Shown here: positions 18,808 through 29,180 of the stretch, piece after piece
How positions within the stretch are numbered: position 1 is the first letter of the stretch
Layout of the letters: the number at the start of each line of letters is the position of its first letter
Virus record (IMG/VR): IMGVR_UViG_3300043410_002441
Location: 1-56,918 of that record
DNA length: 56,918 nucleotides
Source of the DNA: a virus
Lineage: Duplodnaviria > Caudoviricetes
Reading direction: 5' to 3' (one strand)
Notes under the pieces: model-generated
Told to the model about the DNA's origin: nothing
The model's database searches: none
The model's input: the letters and a program-made list of their open reading frames with translations, nothing else
Made by a program: the position numbers and the translations under genes

Positions 18808-20481
18808 TTAATTAAGACGTAAGTTATGATTAATTATCTTTGTTGTGGAATTTGTTGTATTTCCGTTTATCTCTTGTGCGATTTGGCCCCTTAAATTTTT
18901 AACCAATTCAACAGCATTTTTACTTAAAGAACCTTCTGACTGACCAATTGAATGTCCGTGTGACAAGAACACGCTTAATATTTGATCCAATAACTCAAGT
19001 ATTTTTTCACCTCTAATAAAACCATAAGTTTCGTAACTTCTACCCGTATCGTCTAAAGATAAATTAGATAAAAATTTTGAAATTGTTTCTTTACTCATAC
19101 CATCTCTTGAATTATCAAGATAATCCCTAGAGTTTAAACTACTTAAAAATAAAAATTTATCGGCATAGTTAACATTAACAGTAACGTCATTGTCATTTAC
19201 AGTTGATTCTGTTCTTTTAGTTGTTGTTGTAATTGGTGTTTGCAACTCTTGATCACCCAAAAATCTTTCATTGTTATATTTTTTTATTTTAGATATGAAA
19301 GTGTTAAATTCTTTGAATCTAATATAATTTAAAGATGTGGTGTCAGCTGGTTGAGTTGCTGGTATACCTAATTGTTCTTGTAATTGAACACTTGGTGTTG
19401 TATATAAATCTCTATTAACTGGGTTTATTCTGACAACAAAATTTTTTAAATCAGCAACTTCATCAGTTGTATCATAATTAGCCCCAGCGTTATTAGATTT
19501 AAAAGGTATCCTATTTGTTAATGTTATTAAACCGTTATTAGTATCAATTTTTTGGGTACCAATTAATTGTGGGTTATAATATTTAATTTTTTTAGTTTTA
19601 TATGAAGCTATAATGTCTTCAATAGCTTTGTCCATTGAATCCACGTCACCGAATTCAAGTGTATGGTTTACAGTATATTGATTATTGTTAACGCCACTGG
19701 TATAATCATTAAACCTATTATAATCATTTTTCATTAACCCTTTAAATACTTTTGATGTATTGCTTTGTTTTGTTGTTATAACCTCGAGTGTATTATAAAG
19801 ATTTACGCTACAGATAATATTTTTACTATTAATATCATCTTTTTTTGTGTAATCAAACGTTATTTCAAGTATATAATCTAAGAAAACATCTGGTTTAACG
19901 GTTTCAGTGACATCTTTAAGGGTGTAATTTATTGTTTTTGTGAATTTTGATATTTGAAAAATTGGATATGTTGTTTTTCTAGCACCATTGGTTATGTGGT
20001 CTAATCTAACCAATACTCTATCATTACCTAATGAAACCTGTTCATTATTATAACCCGAAAAAACAGCGTCATCAACATTATTTGATATATCATCCGATAC
20101 GTCAAATTTATTTTTAATGTTTTCTTCAAAATATGTTGTATTTAGTTTTAAAGGGTTTTGTGTTACTGGACCTATATAATTAACAGTCCCATCGTCAAAT
20201 TTAATTAATCTAACTATTTGACCTGGTTTGGGTGTTACGGATATTTGGTTTGGTAAGAAAGGTGAGGCAACATAAGGATCTCTTATTTTTTCACCCAAAC
20301 CACCTTTTTCAGACCAATTATCATAAACAATTGATCCAGCGCTTAATAGATTAATCGCATTTTCAATGGATGAATAAGAAACATGGTTTTTGTATTGCTC
20401 ATAAGGGGCAACACGAATTCTACCATAATTTAATGGGTCGTTGTTATTAAAACATATACCTAAACTAAATTCACCGTTCAT
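18808..20481 (-). CDS. Baseplate central spike/hub protein (gp5/gpV-like)
   Basis: N-terminal DPLNYGRIRV...PFLP...PKPGQIV OB-fold signature; C-terminal HGH motif typical of spike tips. Confidence 0.6.
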   Translation of the reverse strand: MNGEFSLGICFNNNDPLNYGRIRVAPYEQYKNHVSYSSIENAINLLSAGSIVYDNWSEKGGLGEKIRDPYVASPFLPNQISVTPKPGQIVRLIKFDDGTVNYIGPVTQNPLKLNTTYFEENIKNKFDVSDDISNNVDDAVFSGYNNEQVSLGNDRVLVRLDHITNGARKTTYPIFQISKFTKTINYTLKDVTETVKPDVFLDYILEITFDYTKKDDINSKNIICSVNLYNTLEVITTKQSNTSKVFKGLMKNDYNRFNDYTSGVNNNQYTVNHTLEFGDVDSMDKAIEDIIASYKTKKIKYYNPQLIGTQKIDTNNGLITLTNRIPFKSNNAGANYDTTDEVADLKNFVVRINPVNRDLYTTPSVQLQEQLGIPATQPADTTSLNYIRFKEFNTFISKIKKYNNERFLGDQELQTPITTTTKRTESTVNDNDVTVNVNYADKFLFLSSLNSRDYLDNSRDGMSKETISKFLSNLSLDDTGRSYETYGFIRGEKILELLDQILSVFLSHGHSIGQSEGSLSKNAVELVKNLRGQIAQEINGNTTNSTTKIINHNLRLN

Positions 20482-20750
20482 TCTTTATCCTCAAATTTTA
20501 ATCTGTTTTTTAGTTCATTATAAACTTTATCATAAGTTATTTCAACTTCTTCAAGCGTTGCCGTTAATCGCAAAACAGTTTCTTTAACATCCTCAAAATC
20601 ATTCTTTAATGCAATGATTAACCTAGCCAACTCTTTGTTAGATTTTTTATCAACGTTTTCAACTATTTCTTTTAGTTTTGGGTTATTCATAATTTTACTG
20701 TATTTGTCCAAATCCTGTTGTAAAACCAGCTCCTGTGGTTGTAACTTCAA
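20478..20750 (-). CDS. Small coiled-coil hypothetical protein
   Basis: Heptad-rich ORF; the true start is probably the ATG near 20690. Confidence 0.6.
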   Translation of the reverse strand: MKLQPQELVLQQDLDKYSKIMNNPKLKEIVENVDKKSNKELARLIIALKNDFEDVKETVLRLTATLEEVEITYDKVYNELKNRLKFEDKE

Positions 20751-22599
20751 TTTTTGCGTTTGTTTTTATATGGCCAACCATCACTTTCATACTTTCTTCT
20801 AAAGCTATCATAAGATGATTAGGTGTCCCGTCTGGGAATGTTGCGGCTGTTTCAATACCTTTTTCACTTAAATTAGATTTAAGATCATTAATCATAGCGA
20901 TATGATTTAAACCTGGTTTTAATGCACCACCTAATAAGACGAGTGGTGGTGGCATTGGTGGCATTGGTGCCACATTTAATAATTTTAATAAACGTAATAT
21001 TTGTTCAATTATTGATTGACAACCGCTAACCTTTAAACCTTTTAAAGCTTTTAATAAAGATAATAAACTTTTTAAAGATGATATATAATCAAGCCCTCTT
21101 TGTTTTAAAAAGTCAGCACTAATTTTTTTAGCCAAACCTATTAAATCTTTTTTTATTAGGTTGAATATGTTTTTTACTAATAAATCGGTAATATAATTAC
21201 CAATTTTTTTAATCAATGGTTTCATAAAAGAAACCATGTCTTCTGAAGATTTTTTTGTGTTATCACCCTTTAAAACTAAAAATAATTTAGGTACAACCAA
21301 CAATTTTGGTGTTATAATCATCTGCATTAATGCATATGGTATAGCTTTTAAAATATTTAATTGTATTTCAGCATTTATGTTAGGTAAATTAAGAGTTACA
21401 CCTATTTCACCTGAATTAACAACATCATTAATCCCGTTTTTTAGTGCTTTGTCTAAAACATCAGACGCTTGGTCAAGGCTAGGTATTTTTTTAGAGTTAT
21501 CTATCGGGCCATTATTTTCTTCAGGTACAACACTTTGCGGGTTTTCACCAGGAAAAATTAATTTATTACCCTCACTATTTTTAAATAGTTCCTCTAATGA
21601 AGATATTATATCATCTGGGTTTATAGCGATATCTAAATTACCGCAAGATGAGAATCTTAAAAACCCGTTAGCTCTAAGATTACCAATTGTTTCTATATCG
21701 TCAAGTTCTTTTTTATTAAAATTAAAAACGTTATCAAAATCAGCGTCACTATTTAAAACACCACCATCTTCACCATTTTTTTGTGCATCAGCTGGATTAA
21801 ACTCTTTAGCTAAAAATGATTTATTTGAAGAATCTGGTTTTTCGTCATCATTTTCATTACAAAAACCAAACATCTTTTTTAAACCCTTAATTAAACCACT
21901 TTGTTTAACCATGATTTTTTTATTTAATTTAGCCTTAACCGATAATGAACCAGTTAATATGTCCATTAATATGGCCATAAAATTAGGGAAATTAAATATT
22001 GGTGTTGCTACACTTAGGTAATCTTTTAAAAAGTCACCAAATAATTTTTTAGAATAAAATTCACCGAATTTAAAAACAAAGGTTGATGAATCTTTTGCGT
22101 GTAATGTGAATAAAACGCGATTACCTTTTTTAAATTCCAAAGGTGCGTCACTTGTAGCGTTTTGTGATTTGTTAAAGAAGTAATTAGCGTGTTTGGTAAT
22201 GTCATTACCTTCGTACATTAATTTACCTGTTCTACTATCTGGATCAACATTTAATAAACCAAAAGAATCGATCTCTTGTTTACTTATTTCAATACCACCA
22301 ACAGCTAAAGTTGTGTATTTTTCAGGTATAACTAGATTAGTATCGCAACCAAATAAAGCAATAAAGTTATCAACGATAACCTTATTAATCTCATCAAATT
22401 TTTTTAATTGTGATAAACTACCTTTTAATATAAGATTTTTAAATTCTTTTTGACCCCTGGTTGATTTAACCAATTCGATCAAAAAATCAACAAACTCTAA
22501 TTTATCTAATTTTTTTTGCGCATCAGTAGCATATGGTTTCTGATTATTAGAAACCACCAGTGATCTATACCTTGAGAATATTTCGCTTTGTGAACTCAT
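20695..22599 (-). CDS. Hypothetical (probable baseplate/virion) protein
   Basis: 634-aa ORF in the late operon upstream of the spike gene. Confidence 0.65.
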   Translation of the reverse strand: MSSQSEIFSRYRSLVVSNNQKPYATDAQKKLDKLEFVDFLIELVKSTRGQKEFKNLILKGSLSQLKKFDEINKVIVDNFIALFGCDTNLVIPEKYTTLAVGGIEISKQEIDSFGLLNVDPDSRTGKLMYEGNDITKHANYFFNKSQNATSDAPLEFKKGNRVLFTLHAKDSSTFVFKFGEFYSKKLFGDFLKDYLSVATPIFNFPNFMAILMDILTGSLSVKAKLNKKIMVKQSGLIKGLKKMFGFCNENDDEKPDSSNKSFLAKEFNPADAQKNGEDGGVLNSDADFDNVFNFNKKELDDIETIGNLRANGFLRFSSCGNLDIAINPDDIISSLEELFKNSEGNKLIFPGENPQSVVPEENNGPIDNSKKIPSLDQASDVLDKALKNGINDVVNSGEIGVTLNLPNINAEIQLNILKAIPYALMQMIITPKLLVVPKLFLVLKGDNTKKSSEDMVSFMKPLIKKIGNYITDLLVKNIFNLIKKDLIGLAKKISADFLKQRGLDYISSLKSLLSLLKALKGLKVSGCQSIIEQILRLLKLLNVAPMPPMPPPLVLLGGALKPGLNHIAMINDLKSNLSEKGIETAATFPDGTPNHLMIALEESMKVMVGHIKTNAKIEVTTTGAGFTTGFGQIQ

Positions 22600-22601
22600 T
22601 A

Positions 22602-22988
22602 TTATTCATACTCTTTTTCATTCGTATCTGATTCACTTGTTGTAGCTTGTTTTTTGATAAAATCTTCAGCCCATTTTCTATCTTCATCAGTAATTGTCAT
22701 ACCACCAATACCAGCAGCATCGGATGGTTTACCTGATTTATAAAGGATGTCACCTTGAATTTTTATTAACCTTAATTTCTTTTCAATAGATGAATCAATT
22801 ATTTTTAATAAATCGTTTGTAATCTTACCAACTAAAGCGATATCAGAATTTTCGTTAATATCCTTTGTAAATTTTTTGTAGGCGGTTAAAGCCCTATTTC
22901 TTTCGTCAACTATTTCATTATAAGTTTCTTGCATGAGTTCTTTCATACTATCCTCTGAAACATCGACTTTTTTCTTTTTTGGTACCAT
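22602..22988 (-). CDS. Hypothetical helical protein (possible terminase small subunit)
   Basis: 128 aa, helical, first gene behind a late motif; the TerS assignment is only a guess from size and helix pattern. Confidence 0.45.
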   Translation of the reverse strand: MVPKKKKVDVSEDSMKELMQETYNEIVDERNRALTAYKKFTKDINENSDIALVGKITNDLLKIIDSSIEKKLRLIKIQGDILYKSGKPSDAAGIGGMTITDEDRKWAEDFIKKQATTSESDTNEKEYE

Positions 22989-23012
22989 AGTAACTATTAT
23001 TTCATATAAATA

Positions 23013-23726
23013 TCAACCATCTAGATAATTATCTTTAAAAATACGATATAAAACCTTAAATCTTTTCATACTGTTCCTAATTTCCTTTGTGTTTAGGCCA
23101 GTCATATTACGAATATATAGTAATATTAAGTTTTTATTGAATTTTGGTGAGTTTTTACCATCATTTACCTGCGAAAAAAGTTCACGCCATTCCTCAAGTA
23201 TTTTTACTAAGGAATGACCAACTTTAAACTCATTTTCGGTTAAATCATTTGACTTTAGTTCATCTTTTATGTTTGATGCTAAAGTTTCAATAAAAATTGT
23301 TAAATCAAGATCTTCATTATCAATACGATATAATAATTCATCTCTTTTTAAAACATCACCCTCTGATTGATCTATATCAACAATAGATGTATTTTTTTTA
23401 TATTCTTTGACCATTTCACCAAAAAGGTAATTTTTACATATCGTACCAAAGTACGAAAATGATCTTTTACCCTTTTCAGGTTTAAATTTGTCAAATTTTG
23501 TCATCAAGAATGACAGTGTGTCTGCATGTAAATCGTGGAATTCGTATGATTGTCTATATAATTTATAAGTTCGGATAATACTCTCTATCATCGTATTGAT
23601 AGGTTCTTGTAAATACTCTCTATAAATTTTTTCTCTCTCACCAACCGTTTTGGCTTCCAGAAACATGATCACCGCTTTTTCTTGGTCTATCCCATAATAG
23701 TTGCGATCTTTTTTCTGTCTTGCCAT
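23013..23726 (-). CDS. Phage sigma factor, T4 gp55-like (late transcription)
   Basis: KFDKFKPEKGKRSFSYFGTICKNYL matches sigma region 2.3-2.4 of the gp55 family. Confidence 0.75.
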   Translation of the reverse strand: MARQKKDRNYYGIDQEKAVIMFLEAKTVGEREKIYREYLQEPINTMIESIIRTYKLYRQSYEFHDLHADTLSFLMTKFDKFKPEKGKRSFSYFGTICKNYLFGEMVKEYKKNTSIVDIDQSEGDVLKRDELLYRIDNEDLDLTIFIETLASNIKDELKSNDLTENEFKVGHSLVKILEEWRELFSQVNDGKNSPKFNKNLILLYIRNMTGLNTKEIRNSMKRFKVLYRIFKDNYLDG

Positions 23727-24556
23727 TACTCACTAACTTCATTTTCCTCATATATTATATGCCTATCATCGTTAAACAAATATTCTTTTTTAGCTGTTTC
23801 CATCCAAAATAAAGCTTCTCTTGGCTCCATCTTATATTCAAGAGCTTCGCTATTTTTGTACATCCAAAATAATGAACCCTCTCTCATGTTTACATGTTTG
23901 TAACCGATCTTTGGAATTACCATTGATTTGTAACCATTTTTATGGAAACGTAATAAAAATTCATAATTAAATGTTAATTTGATTTGTTTAAGCCCTTTGA
24001 TTTCATTAAAAACTGATGTTTTAATTACCATCCCACAAGGGTTGATATTTGGGTACTCTAACAAACACTCTAAATCAACATTACCAAGTGAATCACTAAA
24101 ATTATAAGCCCAAATAGCTTCATTCGATAAACCTATAAAGTTATTATCCTCAGATATATCATTAATAATAGGGAGAAACATATCAACATCTGGGTATGCG
24201 TTAATATGATCAGCCACATTTTTGTACCATGTTTTTGATACCTCATCATCAAACTCAAGAATTGACATATATTCAGTATCAACGTTTTGTGCCGCAAAAT
24301 TTATTTGATTTTGATAATCACTATCACCGTCATTTGCGATAATTTCAATATTTAAGTTATATTTTGATAAATCCATTGATGATAATTTAGCGTCAACATC
24401 AATACAATTACATCTAACGATTAAAACTTTTTCTGGTTTAACATCATTCCTGCTAATTGATGAGAGTGCGATATCAAAAAGGTCATCAAATTTTTGTTTA
24501 CCAATATCACTAACGGAGTGCACTGGGATTATAACGGTTAAATTACTTTTGTTCAT
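23726..24556 (-). CDS. Glycosyltransferase family 2-like
   Basis: LTVIIPVH start and ILEFDD (DxD-like) motif. Confidence 0.75.
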   Translation of the reverse strand: MNKSNLTVIIPVHSVSDIGKQKFDDLFDIALSSISRNDVKPEKVLIVRCNCIDVDAKLSSMDLSKYNLNIEIIANDGDSDYQNQINFAAQNVDTEYMSILEFDDEVSKTWYKNVADHINAYPDVDMFLPIINDISEDNNFIGLSNEAIWAYNFSDSLGNVDLECLLEYPNINPCGMVIKTSVFNEIKGLKQIKLTFNYEFLLRFHKNGYKSMVIPKIGYKHVNMREGSLFWMYKNSEALEYKMEPREALFWMETAKKEYLFNDDRHIIYEENEVSE

Positions 24557-25625
24557 TTTGTTCTACTTCTTTTTTAAAATTTTCTTTTATTGTTTCTAGT
24601 TTTGAAAGTTTTTTATTAAAAAGGTATTCGTAAACCTCTTTTGTGTTTTTTTCAAAATTTTCTTCTGTGTATTTACCTTCTAATGTTTTAGAAACATTTA
24701 ATAAATTATCTGGTAATGTATCTTCTAACCAGTTTTTAATAAAGCTAGATAAAATCTCAGGGATTTGATTTTCATCATAAACCCAAATACCATTCTCATC
24801 CGTCATCCAATCTGGGATAATATTAGGTACTTTACCAATAACTGGTACGTTAGATTTAATTGATTCAACTGGATATCTACCGAATGATGAATCATCATCA
24901 ATCCAGATCGAAACACAACATTCTTTTAAGTTTTTAGCAAATGTATCCTGAGGCATTGTGTGCATATCCTTAAACGATACAAATCTGTAGATTGGGTATT
25001 TCAAATAAAAAGATTTAATCATTTTAGCGGCTTTTCTAGCTTCACGGCAGTAAATCGCAATGATAGGTTTTTGTGGTTTGTCGTTTAAACAAAATAAATC
25101 ATCTGAGATAACTGGTTCGATAAACTGAACATCCTCAACAGGAACCGTATCTTCAATCATACCCTTCAAAACGTTTGATGTTGTTATACATTCTTCAGCC
25201 CCTAAATCAAGCCAAGATTTACCTGGAGCAAACGCCTCAAGCATGTAATCAAACGATTGTACATAGATCACCTTTTCTAATGGCATTTTATTGATTTGTT
25301 CAAATACGCTACCATACACTTCAGGTACAATAATAAAATCAGATGCACCAACAACTAAATTATTATCTTCAATTGATAAATGTTCTAGTTCATCGCACTC
25401 TGGTGTTAACCATGACCCAACTTTAATGTAATCATTCTTTTCGTGTAACATGCTAACGTTATAACCCAATTTTTTAAGTGTTAACGCCTGTTTATATAGA
25501 TGAATAACGCTAGATTTAGCATTACCCTTGGTATCTGGTACCAAAAAAACAATCTTTTGTTCTTTGTTTTGAATCTTGCTTATAGCGGATTCAATGTTTT
25601 TAACTATTTCATTAGTTTTTTCCAT
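24543..25625 (-). CDS. GT-B fold glycosyltransferase-like protein
   Basis: DFIIVPE and SSFGRYPVESIKSNVPVIG (degenerate GT4 motif). Confidence 0.65.
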   Translation of the reverse strand: MEKTNEIVKNIESAISKIQNKEQKIVFLVPDTKGNAKSSVIHLYKQALTLKKLGYNVSMLHEKNDYIKVGSWLTPECDELEHLSIEDNNLVVGASDFIIVPEVYGSVFEQINKMPLEKVIYVQSFDYMLEAFAPGKSWLDLGAEECITTSNVLKGMIEDTVPVEDVQFIEPVISDDLFCLNDKPQKPIIAIYCREARKAAKMIKSFYLKYPIYRFVSFKDMHTMPQDTFAKNLKECCVSIWIDDDSSFGRYPVESIKSNVPVIGKVPNIIPDWMTDENGIWVYDENQIPEILSSFIKNWLEDTLPDNLLNVSKTLEGKYTEENFEKNTKEVYEYLFNKKLSKLETIKENFKKEVEQNEQK

Positions 25626-26247
25626 TTTCTTCTTTCTTTAGTTTTTTTAGGAGTTTAAATAATTCTTTAATGTTAATTATAGTATAATCTGATTTAATGT
25701 CAACATTAAAATCATTTTTGTATTTTATCGATATTTTACCCTTTGGTTTGGTTTTTAATAATTTAGGGTTATCCGTAACCAAAATATCACAGTAGGACCA
25801 GAAATCCTTCCATTTACTAGGGAAAACAATTTGTTCTAAATTATAGTAATTTTTACTTAGGAAAAACAATGTAGCAGATTTCGAACGCTGACTTTCATTG
25901 TTTAATAAAACAATTTTAATTTTGTTTTTATTTGAGAAGTCGGAGATTTGTTTGATTGTACCTGGTTCAGTTTCATCAACCCGACCAAATACCTCAAAAC
26001 ATGCATCTTCATACATGAATTTTTCAAGATTAAAAGACGTATCTTTTACGTTTTCAGTTAACTCTAATTCTTTATCGACTTCAAAATTTGTGTCTAATGT
26101 TTCACCTTCAATATCAGGGAATGATTTAGATAAGTCAAAAGGATTTATAGGTAAAATGGCTTCTTTTTCGAACTCAAATTCGTATAAATCCTTTAACTTA
26201 CTAATATGTTCTCGTAAAATGTTATTTATTGTAATACCTATTACCAT
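25612..26247 (-). CDS. HAD-fold 5'(3')-nucleotidase-like protein, degenerate active site
   Basis: IGITINNILR corresponds to the IxIDxDGVLR motif I; DILVTDNP is motif IV. Confidence 0.5.
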   Translation of the reverse strand: MVIGITINNILREHISKLKDLYEFEFEKEAILPINPFDLSKSFPDIEGETLDTNFEVDKELELTENVKDTSFNLEKFMYEDACFEVFGRVDETEPGTIKQISDFSNKNKIKIVLLNNESQRSKSATLFFLSKNYYNLEQIVFPSKWKDFWSYCDILVTDNPKLLKTKPKGKISIKYKNDFNVDIKSDYTIINIKELFKLLKKLKKEENGKN

Positions 26248-26296
26248 ATTAATTATTTTTGTATAAAAATAATATGGTTTTAACCTAAAATAAAGA

Positions 26297-27055
26297 TTAC
26301 ATTTTACTTTCGTTGAATATTTTTTCGATTTTTTTGATTAGTGGATTTCTAACAACATCGTCTTCACCTAAAACAACTGTACCAACTTCATCAAAATCAC
26401 TGAATTTTTGGATAATAAAATTAAGGGAACTTTCACCTTTCTTTTTCATATCAATTTGATTTTCATCACCCAAAAATATCATTTTTGAATTTTCACCCAA
26501 TCTGGTCATAATTGTTCTAATATTATCAATCGAAATGTTTTGAGCTTCATCGATAATAGTGATTGAGTTGTCAATGTTAATACCCCTCATATAAGCGATC
26601 GGCATTTCTTCAATCATATTATTAGCCCTCAATAATTCAACGTTGTGTCTACCAATAACTTTTTCAAAATTATGCATAAATGAATACATGAAAGGTTCCA
26701 TTTTTTCTTTCATAGTACCCTTCAAGAAACCAATTTCCTCATCTTTTAATGTTGTCACTGATTTAACGATAACAATCTTTCTGTATCTGGGATCGTTTTT
26801 AAGTAAATCCAAGGCCATAGCACATGATAAAAACGTTTTACCAGTACCAGGTAAACCAGAGCATATTACAATCTCCTTATCCTTTATTTCATTAATCAGT
26901 TTTTTCTGATTTGCGGTTTTACATTTAATATCCACTTTCATTTTATCCAGGACATTACCACTATGAGCACGATTCAATTCTTCAAGTGCTTCATATTCTT
27001 CTTCTGGTGTTAATCTTTTTCTTGTTTTTCTTGATGTTTGTTTTGTGTTACTCAT
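26297..27055 (-). CDS. phoH: PhoH-family ATPase
   Basis: GLPGTGKT, IGFLKG, YMRG, IIDEAQN, TRLGE, GD..QID, VVRNPL. Confidence 0.95.
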   Translation of the reverse strand: MSNTKQTSRKTRKRLTPEEEYEALEELNRAHSGNVLDKMKVDIKCKTANQKKLINEIKDKEIVICSGLPGTGKTFLSCAMALDLLKNDPRYRKIVIVKSVTTLKDEEIGFLKGTMKEKMEPFMYSFMHNFEKVIGRHNVELLRANNMIEEMPIAYMRGINIDNSITIIDEAQNISIDNIRTIMTRLGENSKMIFLGDENQIDMKKKGESSLNFIIQKFSDFDEVGTVVLGEDDVVRNPLIKKIEKIFNESKM

Positions 27056-27066
27056 ATATTTGTTTT

Positions 27067-27507
27067 TTATTTACATAATAACCATACTAGTTCAGCGATA
27101 ACGCCTTCACCACCATTACAGTCAATTATTTCCACTTTATTATTTAATTTTAATGATTTGTCGCAATCTTTTGGTGCAAAAAACCTTTCTGATTTTTCAA
27201 TCAGGTTGAGGTCCCATACATCATCACCAATAGCTATAAACGTTTCGTTTAAGTTATCAGCAAAAAGTTTTTTATCTTTGGATACAACAACTTCTGATCC
27301 AGTTTTTTTAGCAAATTCATGTGAACCTGGCCAATTACTAGCTGTTAGTATAATAACATCATACCCGTGTGATATTAGCTCTCTTATGGCCCTAACATCG
27401 CGTGTGTGGGTACCTTTAAATTGTTTACCTTCATGCGTATAATAAATTTTACCATCGGTTAAAACACCATCAAAATCTATTAATATTTTAGTTACTTCTT
27501 TTTGCAT
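27067..27507 (-). CDS. KdsC-like HAD phosphatase (KDO8P/KDN9P phosphatase family)
   Basis: DFDGVLTDG, IGDDVWDL, GGEGVIAE. Confidence 0.85.
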   Translation of the reverse strand: MQKEVTKILIDFDGVLTDGKIYYTHEGKQFKGTHTRDVRAIRELISHGYDVIILTASNWPGSHEFAKKTGSEVVVSKDKKLFADNLNETFIAIGDDVWDLNLIEKSERFFAPKDCDKSLKLNNKVEIIDCNGGEGVIAELVWLLCK

Positions 27508-27513
27508 AAATTA

Positions 27514-28155
27514 TTACATAAGAATTGATTGCCAGTTATTACCATATTCATTATACAAAAAACCACACTCTATTCGGTTTCTGGCGTCTCTCAATTCTTT
27601 TCTTTTTTTGGATATTGGACTTGATAAATCTTTTACAAGATACCTGTGATCAACAAAAGCACCATGATCGACACCAATTTTATAACCAAGCTTTTTGATT
27701 TCAAAACTCCAAACCAAATCAAAAAACCAATAATGATAATTTTCATTTAAAGGGTATTTTAAGAATACATCGGTTCTTACCATGGGCGATGTCCACTCAA
27801 TGTATTTTGTTTCAAGAACCTCATTAGTTTTATTATTTCTATGTGATGGGTGATCACTATTATGTGAAGGGTGTATGGCGGCAAACCCTGTTTTATCCAT
27901 AGATGCGACAAGTCTATTGATTGTTGCTGTATCAAAATTATTATTTGTTACAAAAAATAGATATTCTGGTAATTCATCTGGAAACATTTCGGTTAGTTTC
28001 TCTATACAGGAATTAAAAGCTTTTGTCATAGATCCAATGCCACCTCTATCAACATAGATTACAGGTAGGTTAGTGTCAATTATATTTTTTTGTGTTGACT
28101 CCCAATAAGGTTCTAAATAGATTAAAGAAATTATACAAACTTTATTACTCATCAT
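27514..28155 (-). CDS. GT-A-like glycosyltransferase-related protein
   Basis: Lies in the GT cluster; KAFN, IEWTSPM and DLVWS features of GT2-like proteins. Confidence 0.5.
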   Translation of the reverse strand: MMSNKVCIISLIYLEPYWESTQKNIIDTNLPVIYVDRGGIGSMTKAFNSCIEKLTEMFPDELPEYLFFVTNNNFDTATINRLVASMDKTGFAAIHPSHNSDHPSHRNNKTNEVLETKYIEWTSPMVRTDVFLKYPLNENYHYWFFDLVWSFEIKKLGYKIGVDHGAFVDHRYLVKDLSSPISKKRKELRDARNRIECGFLYNEYGNNWQSILM

Positions 28156-29149
28156 TAACTACATATCCAAGGCTATAACATAATGTACCAAAAATTCTTT
28201 CCATAGCATGATGCCAGTCACCGTCAAGTAAACCCGTTTCATCAAATTTATCTGATATTATTTTTAAATTATCATTATCTTTAAAATAATGATCTATTAT
28301 TTCAGATCTCACCCAAAAAAACGTACCACCAATAAAATATGATTCCGTATTTTTATCAATATTTAAAATTTCACATATTTCATTATATTTAGATCTGTTT
28401 CCACTAAACATAACCTCTAAAGTTTTATGTTTATGTGTTTTAGAGCCAACAACACCCAATTTTGGTTTATCATTAAAATCATCTAATATTTGATTGATTT
28501 TATTGTAATCACCAACAGTACTTAATAATAAATCATCAACCCAATTTTTAGCCGCTGATTTAATTAAATGTTTTGATTTTTTTGTATGAACTAAAAGATA
28601 AAAATCGTAAGATTTATTATTTTTATATATTGAGTTTAAGTTATTAAATTGACCGTTAATATCCCTACCAATATTTTTATCCGTATAGTTGATGGTATAA
28701 TTATCAAAATTTCTTTTAATAACTTCTATAGCCATAGCTTGATTAACAGTATCATCGTTTTTAATGAAATTAAAATAAAAATCAGCGTATTTTGATAAAG
28801 GTAATAATTTTGGTAATACTGTATGTATTAAAACGTCAATGAAATAACAATGAACTAAAACAGCTATTTTTTCGGTTCTTTCATTTTGAACACCTATAAA
28901 TCTATTGTCAAATATATCTTCATTAGCACTTAAATTATTTGGTTTAAAATATTTTAAATGATCATTTAAAACAACAGAACCTTTTTTTATTTTAACATTT
29001 TTTGGTAAATCAATGCTAATATCTTTTTTTTCTGGTTCTTTAATAACTTCAGTTTGTCGATTAGCAATTTCATATTCATTAATATCTGAATATGTTGGTT
29101 CGTAATTTTTACTAATGTCAGTTCTTTTTTTTATTTTAAAATAACCCAT
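28145..29149 (-). CDS. Rhamnan synthesis F (RgpF)-like protein
   Basis: AVLVHCYF, NIGRDI, HTKKS, GGTFFWVR and HAMERIFG motifs. Confidence 0.85.
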   Translation of the reverse strand: MGYFKIKKRTDISKNYEPTYSDINEYEIANRQTEVIKEPEKKDISIDLPKNVKIKKGSVVLNDHLKYFKPNNLSANEDIFDNRFIGVQNERTEKIAVLVHCYFIDVLIHTVLPKLLPLSKYADFYFNFIKNDDTVNQAMAIEVIKRNFDNYTINYTDKNIGRDINGQFNNLNSIYKNNKSYDFYLLVHTKKSKHLIKSAAKNWVDDLLLSTVGDYNKINQILDDFNDKPKLGVVGSKTHKHKTLEVMFSGNRSKYNEICEILNIDKNTESYFIGGTFFWVRSEIIDHYFKDNDNLKIISDKFDETGLLDGDWHHAMERIFGTLCYSLGYVVNDE

Positions 29150-29180
29150 GAATTCTTTTAAGTTAAATAGCTTATTATTA

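Noticed and set aside
21236-22021. 261-aa plus-strand ORF and other antisense ORFs (e.g. 6020-6409, 10345-10731, 27038-27442, 55756-56067)
   Set aside because: Shadows of real genes on the opposite strand, with Phe/Ser/Leu-rich composition and no motifs or promoters.
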